From an uncultured bacterium (GTDB lineage Bacteria; Arandabacterota; Arandabacteria; Arandabacterales; JALGWA01), in contig CAZSBE010000004.1 of NCBI GenBank assembly GCA_964604955.1, forward strand, positions 1-62,724: 62,724 nt of DNA, read 5' to 3'. Of the stretch, positions 9,003-18,265 are shown piece by piece. Positions within the stretch are counted from its first letter, which is position 1. Each line of letters starts with the position of its first letter. A model generated the notes under the pieces. That model had not been told where the DNA came from and did no database searches. It worked only from the letters and a program-made list of their open reading frames with translations. Made by a program: the position numbers and the translations under genes.

Positions 9003-9947
9003 ATGGTGGTCAGAATGGCTGAGGACCGGAAGAAGGAAGAGGCCAAGCAGAAATTGAGATTCTTCAAGAACGGCAAGGACAAGGCTGAGGGCGCAGTCCC
9101 TGAGCCCGAAGACTCCACCCCGCAGGCGGTCGCCACCGAAGAGGTCTCGCAGGAAGAGGCCGGGGAGACGACCGGGCCTGCCCCCGCGAAGGCCAGGGCC
9201 GGCGAGGAAGAACACGCGGCCACGGCCCACCCGCCCAAGGCGGAAGCAGAGGAGCCGGGGGCGGCTGCTGACGGGCGGAAGCCGGCTGCAGGCGACGGCG
9301 ACGCGGGGCTCGATGACGCCCCGGCCGCGGATGCTCCAGCCGATGGAGCGCCCAGGCCGAGAAGGCGCGAGAGAGTGCAGGCGCAGGAGTCCGAGCCGGA
9401 GGCGAAGGAAACGCTGATGTCCAATCTGCTTCCCAGTCTGACTCTGGGATTCCGGACCTTGGTCATTCTGGCCATCATAATCGCCGACGCGTTCGCAGCC
9501 TATACGCTTACCACGAAGGTCATTGCACCCAGGATGATTGAAGCGAAGGTAGTGGACCTCAGGGCAGAGATAAGCCAACTGCCGCCCAGGGGCGGAGTGC
9601 TTCCCAACACCAAGCCGGCGAAACCGGCGCTGGGGCACAATGCCGTTGGGAGCATGTTCCAGATAAAAGACATAGTCGTCAACCCATCGGGAACCAACGG
9701 TACCAGGTATCTCTGTACTACGGTTGCACTTGAAATAACAAACCCCCTGGTCGAGGAGGAAGCCACGGCCCGTGAGGCGCAGGTGAGAGACCTCTTAATC
9801 GAGATCCTGAGCAAGAGGACCGTGACCGAACTGAGCAGTCTCGAGATGCGGGACAATATCAGGGAGGAGATAGGTAGATCCGTGAACAAGCTGCTCTCGA
9901 GCGGCGAGATCGACGGAGTTTACTTCTCCAACTTCGTTCTTCAGTAA
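9003..9947 (+). CDS. fliL: Flagellar basal-body-associated protein FliL with a long N-terminal extension
   Basis: The C-terminal 176 aa form a canonical FliL (TM helix LVILAIIIADAFAAY, then MFQIKDIVVNPSG...RYLCTTVALEI...GEIDGVYFSNFVLQ). The first 138 aa are acidic and Pro/Ala-rich. An internal ATG at 9417 with a GAAGGA RBS is an alternative start. Confidence 0.8.
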   Translation: MVVRMAEDRKKEEAKQKLRFFKNGKDKAEGAVPEPEDSTPQAVATEEVSQEEAGETTGPAPAKARAGEEEHAATAHPPKAEAEEPGAAADGRKPAAGDGDAGLDDAPAADAPADGAPRPRRRERVQAQESEPEAKETLMSNLLPSLTLGFRTLVILAIIIADAFAAYTLTTKVIAPRMIEAKVVDLRAEISQLPPRGGVLPNTKPAKPALGHNAVGSMFQIKDIVVNPSGTNGTRYLCTTVALEITNPLVEEEATAREAQVRDLLIEILSKRTVTELSSLEMRDNIREEIGRSVNKLLSSGEIDGVYFSNFVLQ

Positions 9948-9988
9948 AAGGGGACCTCTAGGCCCCGGCTTGGGAAGGAAGAGAGCAA

Positions 9989-10918
9989 ATGGACCAGAAG
10001 GAAGCGCAGGCGGCGGACCACACGCAGCAGGAGTCTCCCGCCAACGGTCTCAAGTCCTACGACTTCAGGAATCCCAACAGGTTGTCGCGCGAGCACATTC
10101 GGAAGATCGAGTACCTCCACTCGTCGATCGCCAAAAGGCTGGGCGTTTCCCTCGCGGGGCTAATCCGCGATTCGGTAAACGTGGAGGTGGTCGAGGTTCA
10201 GGAGATCAGCTATGACAAGCTGGCTGCGGACGTTTCCGTTCCCGGGGCCACGTTCAGCTTCGGAGTGGAGCCCCTCGGGGGGATGGGCATCATCGACGTC
10301 GACGTGCTTTTGGCTTTCAGCCTTGTCGACAGGCTTTTCGGGGGCGCAGGCGACCCGCTGCCCGAATCACGCGAACTGACGACGATCGAACAGAGCATCG
10401 TCAAGAAGGTCGCAAGCAGGGTGCTCGCGGAGGTCAAGCTCGCGTGGTCTTCGGTAGGGGGAGTCGAGTTCGAGGAGCCCAAGTACGTGCACAGCCTCGA
10501 GTTCCTGAGCTCGCCCAGCTTCAACGAGTCCATGGTCCGCGTGCGGTTCGAAATCGTGAAGGGCGCGCTTAGCGCGGGGATATCGGTCGCATATCCCTAC
10601 ATGATGTTCGAGCCCATCATCAAGATGAGCAGGCAGAGAGAGGACAAGTCGGCGAAGGGCACGCCGGACGCCGGGACAGCGGAGCGGATCAGGCGGATTG
10701 TGCCGCTGGAGCTGACGGCGACACTGCCCGTTTCGATGATCCGCTTCGGGGAGCTGATGAATCTCGACGAGGGTGATGTGCTCGTTCTCGACACCCGCGT
10801 CACGGACCACGTCTACGTGAACGTTGGGAGACGCAGATTACTGGCAGGCCGGCCCGGCAAGTCCCGGGGCAATCTTGCCGTCAAGATCACCTCAGTACTG
10901 AAAAAGGGAGGATCCTAA
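9989..10918 (+). CDS. fliM: Flagellar motor switch protein FliM (no recognisable CheY-P docking peptide)
   Basis: 309 aa. Conserved FliM core from YDFRNPNRLSREHIRKIEYLHSS onward and a C-terminal SpoA-like domain. An in-frame TAG at 9959-9961 prevents upstream extension. Confidence 0.9.
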   Translation: MDQKEAQAADHTQQESPANGLKSYDFRNPNRLSREHIRKIEYLHSSIAKRLGVSLAGLIRDSVNVEVVEVQEISYDKLAADVSVPGATFSFGVEPLGGMGIIDVDVLLAFSLVDRLFGGAGDPLPESRELTTIEQSIVKKVASRVLAEVKLAWSSVGGVEFEEPKYVHSLEFLSSPSFNESMVRVRFEIVKGALSAGISVAYPYMMFEPIIKMSRQREDKSAKGTPDAGTAERIRRIVPLELTATLPVSMIRFGELMNLDEGDVLVLDTRVTDHVYVNVGRRRLLAGRPGKSRGNLAVKITSVLKKGGS

Positions 10919-10919
10919 G

Positions 10920-11339
10920 ATGTGTCCAGGTGAAGAAGAGGTCAAGGACAAGAGCTCGCAGGGAGTCGCGGTGGAAGACCCCGTGCAGGGAAGCGCCGCG
11001 GGGCAAGAGGAGCCCGCGAAGAGCGAGGACTCGGTTAAGAAGGCCGAGTTCCAGGACGTTGCGAGGGGCCCGGAGAAAGGCGAGAAACCCAGCATGGACC
11101 TTCTCATGAACGTCACCCTTCCCGTATCCGTGGAGCTGGGAAGGGCAAGCATGACCATTCAGCAAGTGCTTGGGATCTACGAAGGCTCGGTCATCGAGCT
11201 CGACCGGGTGGCGGGCGAGCCGGTCGATATACTCGTGAGTGGCAAGCTCCTGGGCAAGGGCGAAGTAGTAGTGGTCGAAGACAAGTTTGGAATCAGGATT
11301 ACCCAGCTCATCAACCGTGTGGAAGACATAGAGCAATGA
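10920..11339 (+). CDS. fliN: Flagellar motor switch protein FliN
   Basis: 139 aa. C-terminal SpoA/FliN domain (LMNVTLPVSVELGRASMTIQQVLGIYEGSVIELDRVAGEPVDILVSGKLLGKGEVVVVEDKFGIRITQLI). Confidence 0.9.
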   Translation: MCPGEEEVKDKSSQGVAVEDPVQGSAAGQEEPAKSEDSVKKAEFQDVARGPEKGEKPSMDLLMNVTLPVSVELGRASMTIQQVLGIYEGSVIELDRVAGEPVDILVSGKLLGKGEVVVVEDKFGIRITQLINRVEDIEQ

Positions 11340-11854
11340 TCAAATACGCGCGGCAGTTTGTGAAGCAGAGGAAGACAATAGCAGTGCTCGCCTGCCTGCT
11401 CGTTGGGATCATCCTGCTTTCGTTCTTCCCGGGTCCGAGGTCGGGTCCGGGCGACGTCGAGGTCGAAGAGGCGAACGCCGGAGCGCCCATGATGGGCCAG
11501 GACATGACGACTTTGAGCGTGAAGATCATAGGCTCGGTGGTGCTCGTCGTCGGCCTGCTCTATGCGGCGATGTACGCGGTGAAGCGTTTCGGGCCGGGGC
11601 TCAGGCTGGGCGGAATCAGGGAAAACGCCATCTCGGTCATGCATAAGCGCCACATAGCCCCCAAGAAGGCCATCTACATCCTCAAGATAGGCCAGAGGTC
11701 GATGGTCGTCGGCGTCACCGATTCGCAGATCAATCACCTGGCCGATCTCACGGAAGAGGACCTGGAGAGCATAAGGACCGAAGAGGCACCGAAGGGGACC
11801 AGCTTCAGGCAGTACCTTTTCGGCCCGGAATCCAAAGCCAAGAGCAGGAGCTGA
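11336..11854 (+). CDS. fliO: Flagellar biosynthesis protein FliO (FliZ-like)
   Basis: 172 aa. Contains TM helices, and the segment ISVMHKRHIAPKKAIYILKIGQRSMVVGVTDSQINHL is typical of FliO. Located between fliN and fliP with an ATGA overlap with fliN. Confidence 0.65.
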   Translation: MIKYARQFVKQRKTIAVLACLLVGIILLSFFPGPRSGPGDVEVEEANAGAPMMGQDMTTLSVKIIGSVVLVVGLLYAAMYAVKRFGPGLRLGGIRENAISVMHKRHIAPKKAIYILKIGQRSMVVGVTDSQINHLADLTEEDLESIRTEEAPKGTSFRQYLFGPESKAKSRS

Positions 11855-11865
11855 GGGAACAGGCG

Positions 11866-12633
11866 ATGAGTAGAGTAAAAGCGACAGGTTTGTGGCGGGC
11901 GGCACTCGTCATGATCGTGCTGGCCGTTGTGCTTTGCGGTTTCGCGGCCCGGGCCCACGCCGACGGACTGCCGTCGCTCAGCCTCGAGATGAACGGCGAA
12001 GAGACCAAGGTATCGCTTCCGATAAAGATAATATTCTTCCTCACTGTGCTCTCGCTGGCGCCGGCTATCATGGTTATGGTGACCTCGTTCACGAGGATCG
12101 TGGTCATACTCTCGTTTCTGAAGCATGCCCTGGGTACGCAGCAGATGCCGCCGAGCCAGCTGCTGATCGGGCTGGCTCTGTTCCTGACCTATTTCACGAT
12201 GATGCCGGTCTGGAACCAGATAAACACTGAAGCGCTGCAGCCGCTCTCAAACGGTGAGATAACGGAAGGAGAAGCGCTCTCGAGGGCTGCGGATCCGATA
12301 AGAGGATTCATGTTCAAGCACGTAGGCGAGAAGGACCTCGGTGTTTTCATCGATATGGCCGGGCTCTCTCGGCCCGAGAACAAGGAAGAAGTCCCTACCT
12401 ACGTACTGATACCCGCGTTCATAACCAGCGAGCTCAAGACGGCGTTTCAGATCGGGTTCGTGCTGTTCCTGCCGTTCCTGGTCATCGACATGGCGGTAGC
12501 CAGCGTGCTCATGTCGATGGGTATGATGATGGTTCCGCCGATCATGGTTTCGCTTCCTTTCAAGATACTTCTATTCGTACTTGTCGACGGCTGGAGAATC
12601 GTAATCGAGTCAGCCGTCATTGGATTCAGGTAG
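11866..12633 (+). CDS. fliP: Flagellar export gate protein FliP
   Basis: 255 aa. Signal-like N-terminus, then conserved FliP blocks (FTRIVVILSFLKHALGTQQMPPSQ..., FLPFLVIDMAVASVLMSMGMMMVPP). Confidence 0.95.
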   Translation: MSRVKATGLWRAALVMIVLAVVLCGFAARAHADGLPSLSLEMNGEETKVSLPIKIIFFLTVLSLAPAIMVMVTSFTRIVVILSFLKHALGTQQMPPSQLLIGLALFLTYFTMMPVWNQINTEALQPLSNGEITEGEALSRAADPIRGFMFKHVGEKDLGVFIDMAGLSRPENKEEVPTYVLIPAFITSELKTAFQIGFVLFLPFLVIDMAVASVLMSMGMMMVPPIMVSLPFKILLFVLVDGWRIVIESAVIGFR

Positions 12634-12648
12634 GGGAGGTCAGGCAGC

Positions 12649-12918
12649 ATGACGCAGGAGTTCTGCCAGCAGATAGCGAGAGAGGCCGTTCTCACGTGCC
12701 TCTCCATAGCCGGCCCGATGCTCGTCGCAGCGCTAGTAACCGGGCTTCTGGTCGGGATACTGCAGGCAGTGGCCCAGGTGCATGAGATGACGCTCACGTT
12801 CATCCCGAAGATAGTCGCGGTGGCGGTGACGCTTGTCATATTCATGCCCTGGATACTGTCGAGGATCATGACTTTCACGACTTTCGCTTTCGACAAGATC
12901 GCGACAATGGGTCACTAG
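12649..12918 (+). CDS. fliQ: Flagellar export gate protein FliQ
   Basis: 89 aa two-TM protein (GPMLVAALVTGLLVGILQAVAQVHEMTLTFIPKI) between fliP and fliR. Confidence 0.9.
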   Translation: MTQEFCQQIAREAVLTCLSIAGPMLVAALVTGLLVGILQAVAQVHEMTLTFIPKIVAVAVTLVIFMPWILSRIMTFTTFAFDKIATMGH

Positions 12919-12927
12919 GAGTGAAGT

Positions 12928-13704
12928 ATGGGGTTTATTGAACTGGATCCGGGACAGATCTTCCTGGCTTTTATGAGAGTCAGCGGTTTCGTTTTCGCCG
13001 CTCCTGTTCTCGGGTCACCCGTGATCCCCAGGCTCATCAAGGTCTGGTACTCGCTGCTCATCGCCATGATCATGGTGCCGATGATGAGTGCCCATGCGGT
13101 CGTTCCGCCGCTTGAAACCGCCGGCTTCTTCGTTCTCGCCGGCAGGGAGGTCATGCTCGGAATCCTGATGGGCGTGATCTGCTCGCTGTTCATTCACGGC
13201 GTAGAGTTCGGGGGGCACCTTGTGGGGCTGCAGATGGGGTTCGCCGCTTCGAGTCTGTTCGACCCGCTTTCGAGGAACCAGGCAGCCATCGTGGGCCGCT
13301 TCCAGGCCATGCTGGCGCTGGTCCTGTTCCTGATACTGAACGGCCACCACACCATGCTCCAGAGCCTGGCGCTGAGTTACAAAGCCGTACCGCCTTCGCT
13401 AGCGGGTTTTGGTCCGCAGGCGGGCAAGGAGCTCATCGCGCTGAGCGGCACGGTGTTCACAATAGCGGTGCGCATGGCGATCCCCGCCCTGGTCGCGCTG
13501 CTCCTGGCCCAGATCGGCGTGGGGCTGCTGGCTAAGACAATGCCCCAGATGAACGTGTTCGTCATCGGTTTCCCGGTGAAGATCGCCCTCGGGCTATTCA
13601 TCATCGGGGTCACGATGCCCTATTTCACCTACGTCCTGACGCGGAGCATCAATGATACGGGCGTCGGGCTCAATAACCTGTTGCGCTCGATTGCCGGGGG
13701 ATAA
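12928..13704 (+). CDS. fliR: Flagellar export gate protein FliR
   Basis: 258 aa polytopic membrane protein with FliR-like sequence (FLAFMRVSGFVFAAPVLGSPVIP...). Canonical position. Confidence 0.9.
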   Translation: MGFIELDPGQIFLAFMRVSGFVFAAPVLGSPVIPRLIKVWYSLLIAMIMVPMMSAHAVVPPLETAGFFVLAGREVMLGILMGVICSLFIHGVEFGGHLVGLQMGFAASSLFDPLSRNQAAIVGRFQAMLALVLFLILNGHHTMLQSLALSYKAVPPSLAGFGPQAGKELIALSGTVFTIAVRMAIPALVALLLAQIGVGLLAKTMPQMNVFVIGFPVKIALGLFIIGVTMPYFTYVLTRSINDTGVGLNNLLRSIAGG

Positions 13705-13707
13705 GCT

Positions 13708-14787
13708 GTGGAGGAATCACAAGACCAGAAGACCCTGCAACCAACTCCACGAAAGCTGGAGAAGGCGAGGGAAAGCGGTAAGGTCTTCAAGAGCAATGAG
13801 CTCACCTCGGGCATCATGATATTCGGGGCGCTCATAGCCTTGAGGCTGCTCTACCCCTGGTTCCTTTCACAGACGGCCGACGTGCTGGGCCAGTATCTCG
13901 GTAACACGCAGCTGGTGGAGAACCTCTATGACGTCGAGACGCTGGCCACGAGGACGATACTGAGTCTCTTCCGCATAGTCGGCCCGTTTTTCGGCGCCGT
14001 CATGGGAATAGCGCTCGTCGCCAACTACTCCCAGGTGGGATTCATATTCACGACCGGCCCCATAACGCCGAGCCTCGACAAGATCGACCCCGTGCAGGGG
14101 GCGAAGAGGCTGGTTTCGATGAAGACGCTTGTCAAGACGGGAGTGAATCTGGCCAAGGCCGCGCTCGTCGGCCTCGTGTTCTACTACTCCATAAAGAAGG
14201 GCCTGCGGCAATACGTCATGCTCGGCGACTCGGATGTTCCGACAATAATGGAGTTCATAGCCCGTGAGGCTTTCGACGTGGGCATCAGGGCGTCCCTGCT
14301 GCTGGTCGTCCTCGGTTTCGTTGACTACGCCTATCAGAAGAAGGAGTACATCAAGAACCTCATGATGACACATCACGAGATGAAAGAGGAGTTCAAAGAG
14401 CTGGAGGGAAGCCCGGTCACCAAGTCGCGCATCAGGTCGGTGCAGAAGAGCCTGGCCAGGCAGAGGATGATGAAGGAGGTCCCCGAGGCCACCGTCGTTG
14501 TGACCAACCCGACTCACGTGGCGGTCGCCCTCAAGTATGACCCTGAGTTAATGCCTGCGCCGGTAGTCGTCGCAAAGGGCAAGCGCTTGCTGGCGGAGAG
14601 GATCAAGGAAATCGCCGCGGCGCACGGCGTGCCCATATACGAAAACAAGCCGCTCGCGAGGAGCCTCTTCGACCTTGTCGAGGTGGGCGAGGCTATCCCC
14701 GAGAGCCTGTATAAGACCGTGGCCGAAATCCTGAGCTATGTCTACCGGCTCAGGGGCCGGTACCCGGGAATGGTACAGCATCAATAA
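13708..14787 (+). CDS. flhB: Flagellar export switch protein FlhB
   Basis: 359 aa. N-terminal EESQDQKTLQPTPRKLEKARESG motif and the autocleavage site NPTH (VVVTNPTHVAVAL). Confidence 0.95.
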   Translation: MEESQDQKTLQPTPRKLEKARESGKVFKSNELTSGIMIFGALIALRLLYPWFLSQTADVLGQYLGNTQLVENLYDVETLATRTILSLFRIVGPFFGAVMGIALVANYSQVGFIFTTGPITPSLDKIDPVQGAKRLVSMKTLVKTGVNLAKAALVGLVFYYSIKKGLRQYVMLGDSDVPTIMEFIAREAFDVGIRASLLLVVLGFVDYAYQKKEYIKNLMMTHHEMKEEFKELEGSPVTKSRIRSVQKSLARQRMMKEVPEATVVVTNPTHVAVALKYDPELMPAPVVVAKGKRLLAERIKEIAAAHGVPIYENKPLARSLFDLVEVGEAIPESLYKTVAEILSYVYRLRGRYPGMVQHQ

Positions 14788-14797
14788 GGAGTGACAG

Positions 14798-16870
14798 GTG
14801 GCATACTTCGGACTGCTCAAAAACCCGATCAGCGCTGTGAAGTACGGGGATATCCCTTTCGCGATCGCAGTGATTGCGATAATTGCGGTAATGATCATCC
14901 CCCTGCCGACGTTTCTTCTCGACCTGGCCCTCTCGTTCAACATAGCGTTCTCGCTGGTGCTGCTCCTCACAGCCATATACGTGATCAAGCCGCTGGAGCT
15001 CTCCGTATTCCCGAGTCTGATGCTGCTCGTGACTCTCCTCAGGCTCTCGCTCAACGTCGCATCCACGCGACTGATCCTCGGCGAGGCTTACGCCGGCGAG
15101 GTCATATCGGCCTTCGGCTCGTTTGTCGTGAAGGGCAATTACCTGGTGGGTTTTGTCATATTCATCATCATTATCATTATCCAGTACGTCGTGGTCGTCC
15201 GAGGTACTCAGCGTAATGCGGAGGTGGGTGCGCGTTTCACCCTGGATGCCATGCCCGGCAAGCAGATGAGTATCGACGCCGACCTCAATGCCGGTCTGAT
15301 CGACGACCGCGAGGCCATGCGGAGGAGAGAAGAGATAACCCGGGAGGCCGACTTCTACGGCGCCATGGACGGCGCCAGCAAGTTCGTACGGGGAGACGCC
15401 ATCGCCGGAATCATAATAAACATCGTGAATATTCTCGGGGGGCTGGCGATCGGGATGCTGCAGAACGGGCTCCCTGCCGGCGAGGCGCTTCGCACTTACA
15501 CGACCCTCACTGTCGGTGACGGCCTCGTGACGCAGGTGCCCGCGCTCGTGGTTTCCATCTCGGCGGGCATCGTCGTAAGCAGGGCGGGCGCCGAGTCCCA
15601 CCTCGGCGTGGACATCTCAAGGCAGCTCTTCTCCGGGCACCGGCCGCTCGCCATTGTGGGCGGCACTCTTGGGGTCATGGCCTTCGTGCCCGGGCTTCCC
15701 ACGATTCCCTTCCTGGTGCTGGGCGGCATAGCGATGGCTCTTGGCTATTCGATTCACAAGAACGCCAAAGCAACTGAAGCCGCCGATACCGCTCCGGTGG
15801 AGCCGGCCGGGCCGACCTCCGAGGTCATCGAAGACCTCATCAAGGTGGACAGGCTCGAGCTCGTGATCGGATACGGGCTCATAGCCATGATCGACCCATC
15901 CGAGGGCGGAGACTTCCTTGACAGGGTCAACGGTATCAGGCGCCAGCTCGCCGTAGACCTGGGGATAGTCGTGCCGCGGATAAGGATCAGGGACGACGTG
16001 CGGCTGAAACCCTACGAGTATGAATTCAATATCAAGGGCGCCCGCGTCACAAGAGGGGAAGTCTATCCCGGCCAGTTCCTCGCCATCGGTGATCCATCGA
16101 GACTCGGCGAGCTCGAGGGCGCGGACACCACCGACCCAGCGTTCGGACTGCCCGCGAAGTGGCTCGACGCCGAGGGCCGCGACAGGGCCCAGGGCCTGGG
16201 GATAACCGTTGTGGAGTCCGCGGTCGCGCTTGGCACACACCTCTCTGAGATCATCAGAACCTACGCCGGCGAGATACTGAGCAGGCAGGACGTTAAGGAC
16301 AACCTCGAAGACATCAAGAAGGACAACCCGGCGGTGATAGAGGAGGCCATACCCCAGGTCGTGAGTCTCGGGACGGTGCATCGCGTGATGCAGAATCTGC
16401 TGAGGGAGCAGGTACCCGTAAAGGACGTGCTTTCGATCCTCGAGACGCTGGCCGATTACGGGCAGCACACTAAAGACGTGGACGTCCTCACGGAATACGT
16501 GAGGGGGGCGCTCCAGCGGACCATATGCAATATGTGCGAAGACGAGAACCGCGTCATCTACGCGGCCACTCTCGACCCGAGAGTCGAGCAGGTCATCGCT
16601 GAGTCCGTTCAGGCGACCAAGTCGGGAATAACCGCGGTGCTTCAGCCCGGCGTCGCCCAGAAGATAATGGCGGCAATCGAAAGAATCTCTAAGAGCATGG
16701 CGGCCGGTTCGCACAGGGCGATCATCATCTGCTCGCCCAATGTGCGGCTGCCGGTCAGGCGGCTCATCGAGCACGTGCTCCCGAGGGTGACGGTGATTTC
16801 CTTCGGCGAGATATCTCCGGACAGTGAAGTTCACTCTATAGGGATGGTGAAGATCAATGATGAGAATTAA
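14798..16870 (+). CDS. flhA: Flagellar export apparatus protein FlhA
   Basis: 690 aa. FHIPEP-type membrane domain (RFTLDAMPGKQMSIDADLNAGLI) and a large cytoplasmic domain. GTG start with an AAGGAG RBS. Confidence 0.97.
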   Translation: MAYFGLLKNPISAVKYGDIPFAIAVIAIIAVMIIPLPTFLLDLALSFNIAFSLVLLLTAIYVIKPLELSVFPSLMLLVTLLRLSLNVASTRLILGEAYAGEVISAFGSFVVKGNYLVGFVIFIIIIIIQYVVVVRGTQRNAEVGARFTLDAMPGKQMSIDADLNAGLIDDREAMRRREEITREADFYGAMDGASKFVRGDAIAGIIINIVNILGGLAIGMLQNGLPAGEALRTYTTLTVGDGLVTQVPALVVSISAGIVVSRAGAESHLGVDISRQLFSGHRPLAIVGGTLGVMAFVPGLPTIPFLVLGGIAMALGYSIHKNAKATEAADTAPVEPAGPTSEVIEDLIKVDRLELVIGYGLIAMIDPSEGGDFLDRVNGIRRQLAVDLGIVVPRIRIRDDVRLKPYEYEFNIKGARVTRGEVYPGQFLAIGDPSRLGELEGADTTDPAFGLPAKWLDAEGRDRAQGLGITVVESAVALGTHLSEIIRTYAGEILSRQDVKDNLEDIKKDNPAVIEEAIPQVVSLGTVHRVMQNLLREQVPVKDVLSILETLADYGQHTKDVDVLTEYVRGALQRTICNMCEDENRVIYAATLDPRVEQVIAESVQATKSGITAVLQPGVAQKIMAAIERISKSMAAGSHRAIIICSPNVRLPVRRLIEHVLPRVTVISFGEISPDSEVHSIGMVKINDEN

Positions 16871-17984
16871 GAAGTTCACGGGACCCAACATTGCGAAGTC
16901 GCTCGCCCTGGCCAAGGCCGAAATGGGGGACGACGCCCTGATCCTGCAGACGATGAGGAGGCGAAAGGGCGCGGAGAGCATCGTCGAGATCGTCGCCGCC
17001 AACAACCGGGCGGCGGAGTCGGTGGGCAATCTGAATGCCGGAAGCGCCGCCGCGGAGTGCGAAAGAGCCGGAGTGCGGGAAGGCGCGGCCACGGCGCCTC
17101 CCGGGCTGGACATCGCTCCGGGCAAAACCGACCTCGGCATAATGCGCGAGCTCGAGCAGGTGGAGCGCCAGCTCAACAGCATCATGACGAAGATCGCCCC
17201 GCCCGCGTGGGACGGACGCAGGAAGCAACTCAGCGAGCTTCGCGTCAATCTTCAGAACGCCGGTTTTGACCCGGGCCTGGTGCAGCGGCGATTCCTGAAG
17301 AGGGAACCCGTTCCCGGCGGTTCGTTCGAGGCGTATCTCAGGGAGTTTATCGGAGACGTTCCGCTCGAGGTGCCCCAGGAAAGGATCTCGGTCTTCGTCG
17401 GACCCTCGGGCTCGGGCAAGACCACCGCGCTGCTCAAGGTCGCGGCGGCCGTGCTTCTCAGCAAGGGCGTGAAACCCAGGGTGATATTCTTCGGGCCGGG
17501 GGCCGCAAGGGAGTCGAAAGCGCTGGCGGCATCCTGCAAGGAGCTGGGGCTGAAGTTCAGGTCGGTTTGCGACGCGGGCCGGCTGGCGCGGGAGATAATG
17601 AATAGCGGCGAGCACCCGGTGCTTATCGACACGCCGGGAATCGCCCGGCTGGGAGACGATGGCCTGGAACTCATCGCGGGCATAACGAGGACCATGGAGG
17701 GCGCGGTGATCAGACTGGTCGTTAATTCGGCCATGGACCCCGCGAATATCTCCGCCATAGCCTCCTGCATTCCGCGCCCGGCAAGGGTGAGCCTCGTGCT
17801 CACCAAGCTCGATGAGGCGACGCGAATCGGCGGAGCCATATCCGCGGCGATCAGAGAGGGTATACCGGTCGCCTATGTAACAGGAGGGCGGGATTTCGAG
17901 TCCGGGATATATGTGCCCGACCGGATGCTCCTCTACGACAGGATAGTCGAAGGCCTCGCGGAAACAGGTACGGGAGGCAACTAA
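16857..17984 (+). CDS. flhF: Flagellar placement SRP-type GTPase FlhF
   Basis: 375 aa. MRIKKFTGPN N-terminus and G-motifs GPSGSGKTT, DTPG and TKLDE. Confidence 0.85.
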   Translation: MMRIKKFTGPNIAKSLALAKAEMGDDALILQTMRRRKGAESIVEIVAANNRAAESVGNLNAGSAAAECERAGVREGAATAPPGLDIAPGKTDLGIMRELEQVERQLNSIMTKIAPPAWDGRRKQLSELRVNLQNAGFDPGLVQRRFLKREPVPGGSFEAYLREFIGDVPLEVPQERISVFVGPSGSGKTTALLKVAAAVLLSKGVKPRVIFFGPGAARESKALAASCKELGLKFRSVCDAGRLAREIMNSGEHPVLIDTPGIARLGDDGLELIAGITRTMEGAVIRLVVNSAMDPANISAIASCIPRPARVSLVLTKLDEATRIGGAISAAIREGIPVAYVTGGRDFESGIYVPDRMLLYDRIVEGLAETGTGGN

Positions 17985-18047
17985 ATCAGTCATATGAATT
18001 GCGGCGAGAGGCGAAATAAGGGTCCGGGCGCGTGGGTGCCCGGGTAG

Positions 18048-18263
18048 GTGGCCGACTTGGACAGGATAGAGTTCGAAAACTCGAATGCCATCGAAAGAAG
18101 TGAGCAGATACACGGGGCGGAGAGGGTCCGGGGGGACAGGCAGAGGGGGCAGCCGGAGAAACGGAAGCGCCGCCGTAAATGGAGACGCAGGCATGAGGAG
18201 CCGGAAGAGGCGGGGAAGGGGTCCGGGGAAAAGAAGGGCAAGAACCTGGATATAGAGGCCTGA
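18048..18263 (+). CDS. Hypothetical small, highly charged protein (weakly supported)
   Basis: 71 aa. GTG start with a poor RBS. Lys/Arg/Glu-rich (QPEKRKRRRKWRRRHEEPEE). Ends 2 nt before the PilZ gene. No recognisable family. Confidence 0.3.
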   Translation: MADLDRIEFENSNAIERSEQIHGAERVRGDRQRGQPEKRKRRRKWRRRHEEPEEAGKGSGEKKGKNLDIEA

Positions 18264-18265
18264 TT

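Noticed and set aside
9970-10215. 81 aa ORF overlapping the fliM start in another frame.
   Set aside because: It is Arg/Gly-rich and is overlapped by the well-supported fliM frame.
15617-18194. 543 aa and 446 aa minus-strand ORFs opposite flhA/flhF.
   Set aside because: Same reasoning. They are antisense to genes with unambiguous motifs (FHIPEP, GTPase G-boxes), and they have no RBS or recognisable domains.
18048-18263. Whether the small basic ORF after flhF is a remnant of flhG.
   Set aside because: It has no deviant Walker A (KGGxGK) and no MinD-like sequence. At 71 aa it is too short. It is kept only as a low-confidence hypothetical CDS.
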